A stretch of 61,703 bases of DNA, the filler included, from Nanobdellati archaeon (GTDB taxonomy: Archaea > Nanobdellota > Nanobdellia > Woesearchaeales > JAADFO01), in the NCBI GenBank assembly GCA_013152815.1. It is 5 parts of 5 records of this genome, joined end to end, with 100 filler letters (N's around TTAATTAATTAA, not from the genome) between each part and the next. Parts side by side here need not be neighbours in the genome. Positions count along the whole stretch, not along the records: positions 1 to 22,310 come from JAADFO010000041.1; 4 more parts are not named here. One strand, written 5' to 3'. Numbering within the stretch: position 1 is the stretch's first letter; each line of letters opens with the position of its first letter. Below the pieces are notes generated by a model that ran no database searches, was not told where the DNA came from, and saw only the letters and a list, made by a program, of their open reading frames with translations. The translations under genes and the position numbers were made by a program. Below, in pieces: positions 1 through 9,397 of this stretch.

Positions 1-415
1 AAGAATTGGTCTGGTGGAGATGGGGAAGAAACTCAAGATGCCAGCAAAGAGCGTCAGCTACCGCGTCAAAAAACTAGAGGATGCAGGCATGATCGAAGGC
101 TACACAATAACTGTTGACTATGATGCACTTGGTTTTGAACGTTTCAAGGTATTCATAAGAAGCAAATCCATGAGTGAAGAAAGGGAAAGAGCATTCATAG
201 AATGGGCAAGGACACATCCTTATTGTCTTTATTGGTCGAAGTCCATCGCAACCTCTGATGTCGAATTGGAATTAGTCGTGAAAGATAGTATTCATCTGAG
301 AAAAGTCGTCGCAGAACTCCGAGAAAAATATGGTGACCTCATCAAGAGCTATGAGACCATGAAGATCTGGAAAGAGTTCAAGCTGAACTTCATACCGTGG
401 GTCAGAGTAGTCTAG
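1..415 (+). CDS. Lrp/AsnC family transcriptional regulator (5' truncated by window)
   Basis: HTH pattern 'V.YRVKKLEDAGMIEGY..VDY.ALG' followed by RAM-like domain; frame is open to the window start. Confidence 0.85.
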   Translation, partial: RIGLVEMGKKLKMPAKSVSYRVKKLEDAGMIEGYTITVDYDALGFERFKVFIRSKSMSEERERAFIEWARTHPYCLYWSKSIATSDVELELVVKDSIHLRKVVAELREKYGDLIKSYETMKIWKEFKLNFIPWVRVV

Positions 416-429
416 ATATTTGTGTGTAG

Positions 430-1371
430 CTATCTCTGGGCGACCTGTAAGAACCGCGTGTAAGTCTTTTTCATTTGGTGGAGCATGAACTCGTAATACG
501 CTGTGGGCTGTTCAGGCGCTTTCGCCAAAGAACGGAAATAGGCTTGTTTGTTGTTCTTCAAGACTATCATGGGAAAATAACCTCCTCCCATCAGTATCTT
601 GTTCAGGAGCAACCGTCCTGTTCGTCCATTGGCATCGGTGAACGGGTGGATATGCTCGTACCTCAGATGGAAATCAAATGCCAGTATGAACGGGTGCTTC
701 CTCTTCTTATTTTGTTGATACCAGCGCAGTAGATCCTGCAGTTCCTGTTCGACCTGCTCCGGTGCTGTTGTCTCTTGGTTGTTCACGACGATGGGGACCT
801 TCTTGAAACCTCTTGGATATGTGCTTCCATCCGTCCTCTTCAGATCCTTTGTCAGAAGATAATAGAGCCGCTTTATCGATGCGATGTTGAATCTGAACTC
901 TTTACGTATATAGTTGAAGGCATCTATGGAATTGAAGACTTCCTTGATCTCATTCCTGTCCGGGTACTGCACCCGTCCCTTTTCTAATATCTTTCTTACC
1001 ACCTGGGCGGGAATTCTGCTGCCTTCTATGTTGTTGGAGTTGAAGATGAATTCCTTGGCGAACTCTCTGTCGAGATATTCCCTGTTCTGTTTCGCTTCGG
1101 TGAGGTTCTGGATACGTATGGCCTGTCGTTCCACCTGTTCAACAAGCCCTGTCATGTGCTTCCGCAGGTAGGGAAGAACAGGTTTCCTGAGCAGGAATTC
1201 TTCGTCGCAGAGAGCATTGAGGTTGTGCAGAATGAATTCCATCTTTGAGATGGTGGTCCTGGCCGGCCCTATATGCTTCATGATCCTGTATTGTTTGCCC
1301 AGCAGGCTGAACTTCTTCACATAGGCCAGATAGTCCTGATTCGCCTTTTTCTTCTGTTCGATATGGGCCAT
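430..1371 (-). CDS. Fic family protein (class II-like)
   Basis: Fic motif HPFTDANGRTGR; inhibitory-type motif SNNIEG upstream. Confidence 0.92.
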   Translation of the reverse strand: MAHIEQKKKANQDYLAYVKKFSLLGKQYRIMKHIGPARTTISKMEFILHNLNALCDEEFLLRKPVLPYLRKHMTGLVEQVERQAIRIQNLTEAKQNREYLDREFAKEFIFNSNNIEGSRIPAQVVRKILEKGRVQYPDRNEIKEVFNSIDAFNYIRKEFRFNIASIKRLYYLLTKDLKRTDGSTYPRGFKKVPIVVNNQETTAPEQVEQELQDLLRWYQQNKKRKHPFILAFDFHLRYEHIHPFTDANGRTGRLLLNKILMGGGYFPMIVLKNNKQAYFRSLAKAPEQPTAYYEFMLHQMKKTYTRFLQVAQR

Positions 1372-1455
1372 GGAGTGGAAGAAATGACCTTCCTTTAAGT
1401 ATTTTACTGTTTGGGCGAGAATATTTGCCGAAAATCATACGGTCTGGGCGAGAAC

Positions 1456-2202
1456 TCAGAGTCCCGTCGGCATGTCTATCCAGGTTGTCTTGAGCTTCAT
1501 CTTCTGCTGTATGTGCTTCTGCAATGCCTTCAGCCCCCGGGTCTCGGTGGCATAATGACCCGCAACAAGGATGTTCATGCCTGACTCGACCAGGTAATGA
1601 TACTGAGAATGGCCCGCCTCGCCGATCAGGAGAACGTCAAGCTCTTTCTCCATCGCTTCATCAAGCGCAAAGGCAGAACCACCGGATGATATGCCCATCG
1701 TCTTGACCTTCTCTTTTCCGAAGTCGTAGACCGCGACATCAGAATCGAGCGTATTGCTTGCCTTCAGGACGAGGTCTTGTAATGCAAGGGGCAGGATCTC
1801 ACCGCAGAAACCGATGGGAAAGCCGTGATACTGGGCAAAGGGCTTTTTTTTCTTGAGACCGAAAAGCTTGAGCTGTGCATTGTTCCCCAGGGTCGGATGC
1901 ATATCAAGCGGAAGATGGGCAGCATACAGGGAGATGCCGTTGTCGAACAATGCTTTCACCCGTCTTCCCATGATGCCTGTCATCGGCTTCAGGGTCTTCC
2001 AGAAAAGCCCGTGGTGGACGATGAGCATGTCGCACTTCTCTTTCGCAGCTTTCTTGATGGTCGCCATGCAGGCATCGACGGCAAAGGCGACTTTCTTCAC
2101 CTCTTCCTTGCCCCCGACCTGCAACCCGTTCAGGGAATCGTCGGGGATGTCCTTCACTTTTAGGAGCGCATCAAGCTTCTCCACCAGCGCTTTCCGTCTC
2201 AT
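1456..2202 (-). CDS. Nif3-like (DUF34/YbgI) dinuclear metal-centre protein
   Basis: NGLQV, VHHGLFW, YAAHLPLDMHP..GNN, AGHYATE motifs. Confidence 0.93.
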   Translation of the reverse strand: MRRKALVEKLDALLKVKDIPDDSLNGLQVGGKEEVKKVAFAVDACMATIKKAAKEKCDMLIVHHGLFWKTLKPMTGIMGRRVKALFDNGISLYAAHLPLDMHPTLGNNAQLKLFGLKKKKPFAQYHGFPIGFCGEILPLALQDLVLKASNTLDSDVAVYDFGKEKVKTMGISSGGSAFALDEAMEKELDVLLIGEAGHSQYHYLVESGMNILVAGHYATETRGLKALQKHIQQKMKLKTTWIDMPTGL

Positions 2203-3065
2203 TCGATGGCCTCCGCAAGCAACCCGGACACATCCAGCCTGTTCGACGGATGCGGTATCGTATTTGAGGTCACGATGTCCACCTTGAGCCTCTTGAGTTC
2301 CTTGTATGCATCGCCGACGAACAGGCCATGCACACCGAAACAGGTGATCTTCTTCACGCCCATCTTCCGGAGGTGCTTGATGTTCTGCATCAGGGTGTGT
2401 CCTGTACTTATGATGTCATCGACCAGACAGATGTGCATGCCCTCATAGTCTACCTTGTCCTTGAAGTGCACCTTCACTTTGGTCCCTGAATAGCGGGTCT
2501 TGGTCATGACGGTGACCGGGCATCCTACCTGTTCTGCGACCTGTTTTGCCCACTGCTCTGATTCGCCGTCCGGTCCGACGACAAGCGGATTCTTGATGTG
2601 CCTCTTGATGTGATCCGCGATCAGTCCGTTTGCAGTCACCCTCTTGACATGAACATGGTAAACCTTGTGAAGGTTGTGGAAGCGATGGAGGTGCGGGTCG
2701 ACGGTCACGAGAAAATCGAGGGGAGGGACGATGGCCTTCGCCAGGACCCCTGCGGAGATGCATTCTCCTGGATGGAACCTCGCATCCTCACGCATGTAGG
2801 CGAGGTACGGGACGACCAGGGATACCTTCCTCGCGCCCAGTTCCTTGGCGGTGTGGGCAGCGAACAGGATCTCGATGATGGACTGGTTGGGCGGTACCAT
2901 GGACTGTACCAGGACGACGTTCTTTCCTTTCACGGGCTTCATGAAACGCACGAACGTTTCACCGTCAGGAAAATGGCCTACCTTGAGCGAAGAATACGGA
3001 ACCTTACGATGCTTCGCTATCTTCTTGGCCAGTTCATGAGAACTTGATCCCCCTACGACAAGCAT
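2199..3065 (-). CDS. prs: Ribose-phosphate pyrophosphokinase
   Basis: FPDGE, PYLAY.R.D, GPD and VDDIISTGHT PRPP-binding motifs; start moved to ATG 3065, which follows a GGTGA SD. Confidence 0.93.
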   Translation of the reverse strand: MLVVGGSSSHELAKKIAKHRKVPYSSLKVGHFPDGETFVRFMKPVKGKNVVLVQSMVPPNQSIIEILFAAHTAKELGARKVSLVVPYLAYMREDARFHPGECISAGVLAKAIVPPLDFLVTVDPHLHRFHNLHKVYHVHVKRVTANGLIADHIKRHIKNPLVVGPDGESEQWAKQVAEQVGCPVTVMTKTRYSGTKVKVHFKDKVDYEGMHICLVDDIISTGHTLMQNIKHLRKMGVKKITCFGVHGLFVGDAYKELKRLKVDIVTSNTIPHPSNRLDVSGLLAEAIE

Positions 3066-3174
3066 GCTATCACCCCTTCCTCTGCCGGTATCTTCTGCAT
3101 ATAAAAACCTTTCCAAAAGGCCCAAAGGCCCAAAAGGCAAACCAATTTAAACGGTTTTCTCAACCTTTCATCCC

Positions 3175-3540
3175 ATGAAGGTCAAAAGGCGGAAGACCGA
3201 ACCCTGGGCCATGGGTCTCATCATCTTCCTCACCCTGCTCATCAGTATCGGACAGATCCTCTGGAAGACCGGGTCGAACGCATCCACAGGCTTGCTCTCG
3301 ATGCTTCTCAACCCTTACATCATCGGCGGATTTCTCATCTACGGTGTGGCAGCAGGACTCATGATGCTGGCCTTCCGCTATGGGGAGCTGTCGGTCCTCT
3401 ATCCTCTGTTCGCGACGACCTACATCTGGGTGAGCATCCTTTCTGTGGCCTTCTTCTCAGAAGCGATGGGCCTGGTGAAATGGTCCGGCATCGGTTTCAT
3501 CATCCTGGGAGTCTCTTTCATAGGGAGGGGATCACAATGA
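3175..3540 (+). CDS. Small DMT/EamA-SMR (ArnE/F-like) membrane transporter subunit
   Basis: 4 hydrophobic helices, 'GELSVLYPL' motif; paralog of the next gene. Confidence 0.8.
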   Translation: MKVKRRKTEPWAMGLIIFLTLLISIGQILWKTGSNASTGLLSMLLNPYIIGGFLIYGVAAGLMMLAFRYGELSVLYPLFATTYIWVSILSVAFFSEAMGLVKWSGIGFIILGVSFIGRGSQ

Positions 3541-3914
3541 CAGAACTCTGGGCTGTCGGTCTTGTCCTTGGGGCGGTGGCGTTCGGCTCCTTCGGACCGC
3601 TGTTCCTGAAGAGGGGAGCCGATCTCCTGGATTTCAAGCTGCGGAAGAACCTCTGGAAAGGACTGCAGGTCGTTTTCTCGAATGTCGACATCTATCTGGG
3701 ACTGGGGTTCTATGGCATCTCGAGCGTCCTGTTCGTCTATGCGCTCAGAGGCGGTGAACTCTCTGTCCTGTATCCTCTCGTTGCCACCTCCTACATCTGG
3801 ACATCGCTCCTGTCAGTAAAGTTTTTAAGGGAGAAGATGAATTCCCGGAAGTGGACAGGCATCCTGTTCATCATCCTGGGTGTTGCCCTGATAGGATTCG
3901 GAAGTGCGCTATGA
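3537..3914 (+). CDS. Small DMT/EamA-SMR membrane transporter subunit (paired paralog)
   Basis: ATGA overlap with previous gene; same 'GELSVLYPL..SYIW' motif. Confidence 0.8.
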   Translation: MTELWAVGLVLGAVAFGSFGPLFLKRGADLLDFKLRKNLWKGLQVVFSNVDIYLGLGFYGISSVLFVYALRGGELSVLYPLVATSYIWTSLLSVKFLREKMNSRKWTGILFIILGVALIGFGSAL

Positions 3915-4588
3915 AGACCATCGTCATCTCACTCGGAGGGAGCCTCATCGTCCCCGGCAGGATCGATGCGGATTACCTGAAAGCGTTCAGACGCTTTGCC
4001 TTGTCCCTCCTGAGATCAGGGTATCGTCTCATCATCGTGTGTGGTGGAGGAAAGCTGGCAGGAGACTATATCGCAGCAGGGAAAGCGCTCTCAAGGTTAA
4101 GTCCGCAGAACCAGGACCTTCTGGGGATCTATGCGACCAGGATAAACGCCCAGCTCGTCCTGGGCATGTTCCCGGACCATGCCTGTCCCAAGGTCATCGA
4201 GGACCCGTCCAAGAAAGTGTCGACCAGGAAGCGCATCATCGTCGGTTCAGGATGGAAACCCGGATTCTCCTCAGACCAGGATGCCGTCCTCCTCGCGAAG
4301 CAGTTCAAGGCAGGCACCATACTCAACCTGTCCAACATCCCCTATGTGTATGACAAGGACCCCAAGAAGCACAAGCACTTCAAGGCCTTCAGGGAGCTGT
4401 CATGGAAGACCTACATTTCCCTCATCCCGAAGCGATGGACGCCCCGGCTCAACTCGCCCTTCGATCCGGTGGCATCACGGACAGCCCAAAGGGCAAGAAT
4501 ACAGGTCGTGGTCATGGACGGCCGGGATTTCAGCAACGTGCGTGCCTTTCTCAACAACAAGCCTTTCCGTGGAACACGCATCTCCTGA
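3911..4588 (+). CDS. pyrH: UMP kinase, archaeal type
   Basis: IVISLGGS, CGGG, PGFSSD, VYDKDP, PFDPVA motifs; ATGA overlap. Confidence 0.92.
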   Translation: MKTIVISLGGSLIVPGRIDADYLKAFRRFALSLLRSGYRLIIVCGGGKLAGDYIAAGKALSRLSPQNQDLLGIYATRINAQLVLGMFPDHACPKVIEDPSKKVSTRKRIIVGSGWKPGFSSDQDAVLLAKQFKAGTILNLSNIPYVYDKDPKKHKHFKAFRELSWKTYISLIPKRWTPRLNSPFDPVASRTAQRARIQVVVMDGRDFSNVRAFLNNKPFRGTRIS

Positions 4589-4625
4589 GAAAACATTGCT
4601 CTGCTTCTGCAAGAACCACTCTTGC

Positions 4626-5300
4626 CTATCTTTTCTTGGCAGGATCATAGAGCCGCTGCGGTCCAGGCGCATAGGAAAAGGTCCTCTTGATGTCCTCATC
4701 TATCATGTCCTGGGGTGTCATGGCCCTTCTCTTCTGCTCTTCCTGCTTGAACCTGGCGTCGAGCATGTCCAGTTGACTGCCGTACAGTTCACAGAAACGG
4801 GAGACCATGGAATCAAGATGAGCTGCTGAGGTGAGCATTTCGGGATCATGGAATCCTATCCGGATGAGGAGATCCTTGCCTTCTGCCTGATGCAAGGTCT
4901 GGAAACTCAGCGAGATGTCTGCGGTCCCCTCTGGATATCGGATGTTGTGATAGTCATGGGACAGCATGCCGGCGACCTGGACGGTGGACCCGTCATAGGA
5001 TGGATGCTCTTTCTTGTCTGCTGTCTGTCCTGCTGCTGTCTCTGTCATCCTTTTCTTGAGTACAGCCCGCTGTTCCAGAGAAAGCGTGGCTTGGATGCTT
5101 GGGTCGAGGCCGATGCCTTTCACGCGGATCTCACCGACGATGGTGGCTGCCTTGGCTGTCCCTTCTCCTTCTGCCTGTTCTGGATAGAGCGTGATGCGTC
5201 GGTCATAGAACTTGCCAGGGTTGTCGGCCAACACATACTCTCCTGCCAGTTCCTCCGGCGGCAGGTCGGCCAGAATCTGGGATGCTTTTCTTGGTGCCAT
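4626..5300 (-). CDS. Hypothetical protein (224 aa)
   Basis: Fills the space between known genes; TTTATAAA ~25 nt upstream; no motif recognised. Confidence 0.65.
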   Translation of the reverse strand: MAPRKASQILADLPPEELAGEYVLADNPGKFYDRRITLYPEQAEGEGTAKAATIVGEIRVKGIGLDPSIQATLSLEQRAVLKKRMTETAAGQTADKKEHPSYDGSTVQVAGMLSHDYHNIRYPEGTADISLSFQTLHQAEGKDLLIRIGFHDPEMLTSAAHLDSMVSRFCELYGSQLDMLDARFKQEEQKRRAMTPQDMIDEDIKRTFSYAPGPQRLYDPAKKR

Positions 5301-5408
5301 GCTCGCTGTTAATCCTTATCGGTTTATAAATATTTTCCCCTTTATCATTAAAAAGTGGTGAATTATGGCTTCATCGTTCCTCCTTTATAAACTGCAGGGA
5401 GTGTCCGC

Positions 5409-5933
5409 TCAGATGAAATCAGTGATCTTGTGCTTCATCTCTTCATGCCAGAGCCAGAAGAGAAGGATGACGGCATCCAGCGCGCTTGGAATGTTCCCTC
5501 CGCCGACAAGCAGGAGCAGATGGACCTTGAAGCCCTGCAACGAGAACGGGAAGAGCCACATGATGCCTTCATAGCTTCCGCCTCCGAGGAACCAGTCCAG
5601 GAAGATATGGAAAAGGATGCCGAAGCTCACCACATAGAAGTACATGGCCATCCTGTGCTTCCTCTTCTTCCAGAGAAGGTATCCTGGGATGAAGAAGAGC
5701 AGCGCGAAGAAGGGAGTATGGGTGATGCCTCCATGCTGGAGCAGTTTAGGCAGGGTCATGCCCATCCAGTTGGCTGCTATGTTGAACGGAACATCGAGGT
5801 CAGGAAGCAGCCCTCCTACCCCTGCCAGAAACAGGGTATGCATGGTCACATAGCGCTTATGCTTGGTGAAATAGTCACGCCAGATGTCGACCACGATGAT
5901 GGTGAGGAGGACATGGGTGACGGCAAGGGGCAT
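5409..5933 (-). CDS. Membrane-bound metal-dependent hydrolase (YdjM/DUF457-like)
   Basis: TH, LLPDLD, HGGITHT, H..LD motifs with transmembrane helices. Confidence 0.85.
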   Translation of the reverse strand: MPLAVTHVLLTIIVVDIWRDYFTKHKRYVTMHTLFLAGVGGLLPDLDVPFNIAANWMGMTLPKLLQHGGITHTPFFALLFFIPGYLLWKKRKHRMAMYFYVVSFGILFHIFLDWFLGGGSYEGIMWLFPFSLQGFKVHLLLLVGGGNIPSALDAVILLFWLWHEEMKHKITDFI

Positions 5934-5976
5934 GGGTTCTTTCTCTGTTCAGCCATATTTAAAGTTATTGCTCCCT

Positions 5977-6173
5977 CGGCTATTGTGGAACCTTGCAGAG
6001 AGATGCCAGATGCATGCCCTGCTCCATCGACGAGGACCCTCTACGGTGCATAGGAACCCCGTCGATGTCGCCTGGCCATGCCATCATTGTCCTCCTTTCA
6101 GTCGGAAATGCTGACAGTGATGGCACAGACGGACATGCATCCGGCAGAAAAGCAGAGGGTTTCATAATAGCCG
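5977..6173 (+). other. Highly structured intergenic element with imperfect terminal inverted repeats (MITE or ncRNA candidate)
   Basis: CGGCTATTGTGGAACCTT (5977-5994) pairs with AGGGTTTCATAATAGCCG (6156-6173); internal stems GATGCATG/CATGCATC, CATCGACG/CGTCGATG, TGCCATCATTGTC/GACAGTGATGGCA. Confidence 0.55.
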
Positions 6174-6222
6174 CCCCTCAAGAAATAGGTGACCTGAAAT
6201 GCTTGTCCTGCTCTTGCTGTCC

Positions 6223-7224
6223 TCAATTGATCCGGTTCTCTTCCTTTCCTTCGATGAACGCCTTGATGTTGGCAAGGGTCGTCGACAGTATGCGTTCGAG
6301 AGCCTCTTTGGAATTGAAGGCGTTATGCGGGGTCACGATGACCCGGTCCATCTTCATCAGCATGTGGTCCTCGAGGATGGTCCTCATCTGGTCCTGATGC
6401 TCTTCCTTGAGCACCGACAGCTCTTCCTTGATGTCGGTCTCTCCCTCAAGCACGTCCAGGCCGACCCCTCCAAGCTTGAATGAGGCAAGCCCTTCCACCA
6501 ACGCATCGGTGTCGATGAGGCCTCCCCGGGCGGTGTTGATGATGATGGCACTGTCCTTCATCCTGTCGATCTCCTCCTTGCCGATGAGATGATGGGTGTG
6601 CTTATTGTAGGGCACATGCAGGGAGATGATGTCTGCTTCCGCAAGCAGGGCATCCCGTTCGACATAGCGGAACCCGATACGCTCAGCCAATGCCTGGTCA
6701 GGATGCGGATCGAAGACGATGACATCCATCTCCATGCCGATACCGATGCGGGCGACATGCTTCCCGATGTTGCCGCAGCCGATGAGCCCCAGGGTCCTGC
6801 CTTTGAGGTCGAATCCTCTGAGCGTCTTGTCTGTGGCGAAGATGTGCTCTTCATGGGTCCTCTTGATGGACGGATAGATCTTCCTCGACAGGGCGAGGAT
6901 GAGCGCGAAGGTGTGCTCTGCCACGGTGTTCTCGCCGTAGGTAGGGACATTTGTCACGATGATGCCTGCTTTCCTGCAGGCATCCAGGTCGATGTGGTCG
7001 AAGCCGGTGGACATGGTGGCGACGCATCTGAGCTTGGGCATCTTGGCGAGGACATCCTGGCCTATGCGAGAATAGATAAAGACAGCGACGGCTTCCATCT
7101 CACTGAACTCCCCTGCGTTCTTCTCGGTCAGGGGCTCTTCCCGGAAGGACAGCTCATGGTCCTGCAGCGCGTCTTTCGCGATGTCCTGCTGCCAGGGCTC
7201 CAGTTCAAAAAGGGCTATCTTCAT
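6223..7224 (-). CDS. D-2-hydroxyacid (D-lactate-like) dehydrogenase
   Basis: STGFDHID, VAEHT, GCGNIG Rossmann motif, INTARG, GLDV.E.E, TPHNAF. Confidence 0.9.
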   Translation of the reverse strand: MKIALFELEPWQQDIAKDALQDHELSFREEPLTEKNAGEFSEMEAVAVFIYSRIGQDVLAKMPKLRCVATMSTGFDHIDLDACRKAGIIVTNVPTYGENTVAEHTFALILALSRKIYPSIKRTHEEHIFATDKTLRGFDLKGRTLGLIGCGNIGKHVARIGIGMEMDVIVFDPHPDQALAERIGFRYVERDALLAEADIISLHVPYNKHTHHLIGKEEIDRMKDSAIIINTARGGLIDTDALVEGLASFKLGGVGLDVLEGETDIKEELSVLKEEHQDQMRTILEDHMLMKMDRVIVTPHNAFNSKEALERILSTTLANIKAFIEGKEENRIN

Positions 7225-7325
7225 GGTATGTCTCCTGGGGCGGATGCTTAATAAATGTTTCGTGACCCCGCATTGCTTCAGACATGACCGATATTTTTAA
7301 ATAGCCGGCAGTGTAAGGAAGGCGT

Positions 7326-8981
7326 ATGCTCTTCAGAAGGCTGGAAAAGGATGTGCGGGACATCAATCGGCTCAAGCGGATCGTCGAAGTCCTCTTCAAG
7401 CACGAGTTCGGCTACCTCATCGACCGGCTCCATCTGAAGCATCTCCTGCCGCTCCATAAACGGCTGCAGTCAGAGCGCTTCGCCGACAAGCATGCTCAGC
7501 CAAGCCATGTCAGGGAGATCTTCGAGGAATTGGGCGGTGCGTTCCCTAAATTGGGACAGCTGCTCTCGCTCCGGCCAGATCTTCTTCCTCCCGCCTACTG
7601 CGACGAGCTACGCAAGCTCCAGGACGCCATCCCTCCTGTCCCGTTTGAAGAGGTGAAGCGGTTGCTCGAGCAGACCTACGAAAAACCGCTGACCAGGCTC
7701 TTCAGGAAATTCGACCCGACACCTGTCGCATCCGCTTCCATCGCCCAGGTCCACAAGGCCATCCGCAGGGACGGAGCGTTGATGGCGGTCAAGGTGCAGC
7801 GTCCGGACATCGAAAAGACGATGCGTGTCGACATCGAGATCATCGAGGTCCTCGCGAAACAGCTGAAGAGGCATCTGCATCCTGTCATCTTCGACCCGGT
7901 GGCCATCGCAGCGGAGTTCAAGCGCTATACCCAGAACGAGCTCGATTTTGTCAAGGAAGGGAAGAACATCGACCTCTTCCATGAACATGCCGTCCATAAT
8001 CCGACGGTGAAGATACCTGAGGTCGATTGGAAGCTCACGAGGGAGCATGTCCTGGTCATGGAATTCATCAAAGGACAGAAACTCTCAGACTGGCAGTCCA
8101 TGGGCAGCCGTCTACGAAAAGAGCTTGCCCTGAAATATGTCAAGGCCATCCTCACCCAGGTCTTTGAGGACGGATTCTTCCATGGAGACCCACACCCCGG
8201 CAATATCATCATCACCGAAAAAAAGCAGATCGCCTTCCTTGATTTCGGCATCGTCGGTTATTTCGACAGCGAGTCCAAGAAAGAGCTGCTCTCTCTTTTC
8301 ATCTCCCTGATGTCCGGCAACCTGGAAAGCCTCGCCGACGAGCTCATCGACCTCAACATCGTCGATGTCCAGGTAAACGAGCAGAAGCTCAAGGATGACA
8401 TCTTCCTCAACCTCTCGAAATATTACAATTCCTCTCTGGACACCATCAAGGTATCCCAGGTCATAGGGGAGATGCTGGAGCTTGCCCGGTCAGACCATAT
8501 CCTGGTGCCGGCGAACTTCGTCCTGCTGCTCAAGACCGTCGTGACCGTGGAGAGCGTGGCCCAGAACCTGGACCCGTCCTTCAATCTCTTCTCAGCGGGC
8601 ACGCCATTCCTTGTCAGCCTTGCCAAGAAAGAGCATCGGCCGATGAAGATCGCCCGGAAGCTGACGACCTCCTTCCTCCAGGTTCGCGAGTTCGTCCAGA
8701 AAGTTCCGAAGCAGAGCCAGGAGATCATCAGGAGCCTCCGGAAGGGCGACGAACTGGTGCAGTCCATCGACACGGACATCCGCCTCCTGGTATCTGAGAT
8801 GGACCGCTCCAGCAACAGGATATCCCTGGGCCTTCTCATCACCGCCCTCTTCCTGTCGTCTGCATTTACCATGCAGCTTTCCCAGCCGATGATTGATGGC
8901 TATCCGCTCATCTCGCTCCTGGGATTCGGCTTCGGCCTTTTTTTCGTCGCGCTCCTCGTCATATCGCTTATGAGAGACTGA
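7326..8981 (+). CDS. ABC1/UbiB (AarF) family atypical kinase
   Basis: KLGQ.LS.RPD, ASASIAQVH, AVKVQRP, FFHGDPHPGN, LDFG; C-terminal TM helices. Confidence 0.95.
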   Translation: MLFRRLEKDVRDINRLKRIVEVLFKHEFGYLIDRLHLKHLLPLHKRLQSERFADKHAQPSHVREIFEELGGAFPKLGQLLSLRPDLLPPAYCDELRKLQDAIPPVPFEEVKRLLEQTYEKPLTRLFRKFDPTPVASASIAQVHKAIRRDGALMAVKVQRPDIEKTMRVDIEIIEVLAKQLKRHLHPVIFDPVAIAAEFKRYTQNELDFVKEGKNIDLFHEHAVHNPTVKIPEVDWKLTREHVLVMEFIKGQKLSDWQSMGSRLRKELALKYVKAILTQVFEDGFFHGDPHPGNIIITEKKQIAFLDFGIVGYFDSESKKELLSLFISLMSGNLESLADELIDLNIVDVQVNEQKLKDDIFLNLSKYYNSSLDTIKVSQVIGEMLELARSDHILVPANFVLLLKTVVTVESVAQNLDPSFNLFSAGTPFLVSLAKKEHRPMKIARKLTTSFLQVREFVQKVPKQSQEIIRSLRKGDELVQSIDTDIRLLVSEMDRSSNRISLGLLITALFLSSAFTMQLSQPMIDGYPLISLLGFGFGLFFVALLVISLMRD

Positions 8982-9043
8982 TACTTTCAGAAGGTAATTT
9001 CCGGAAGGAAAGACCTGCAGAACAAATGCAAGGAGGGATATTC

Positions 9044-9397
9044 ATGAAACGCGTAGCCAAGGATGTGCGGAACGGGATTCTGATGGGACTCGGTGCGTTG
9101 TCGCTCACGGTCAAGGAAGTGAACCGGAGCATCAGCAAGCTGTCCAAGAGGAGCGGACTCACGAGGGAAGAGGCCAGGAAACTGAGCAGGAGACTGCTTA
9201 CCGAAGGGCAGAAAGAGCAGGAACGGCTGACGAAGATAGTTGACCGTGAGCTGGACCGTCTCCTTCGCAGCCTGGAGCGACGCAGGAAGGCTGCAAATCC
9301 GGCTCCAAAGAAGAAAATGCCGAAGAAAAAGAAGATGCAACCGCGTCCCAGGGCAGCGAAAAGGACGGAAAAGAAGAGTCTCAGGAAGAGACGTTAA
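9044..9397 (+). CDS. Phasin-like (PhaF-type) protein with Lys/Arg-rich tail
   Basis: 'GILMGLGALSLT.KE....I.KL....GLTREEA' pattern; basic C-terminus; directly downstream of the ubiB-like gene. Confidence 0.6.
   Translation: MKRVAKDVRNGILMGLGALSLTVKEVNRSISKLSKRSGLTREEARKLSRRLLTEGQKEQERLTKIVDRELDRLLRSLERRRKAANPAPKKKMPKKKKMQPRPRAAKRTEKKSLRKRR

Noticed and set aside
6013..6080. SRP RNA (minus strand has GGCCAGG...GAGCAG resembling helix 8)
   Set aside because: No short stem with GNRA tetraloop between CAGG and AGCA, no Alu domain seen, and the minus strand turns terminal-stem G-U pairs into A-C mismatches; kept only as an unknown structured element
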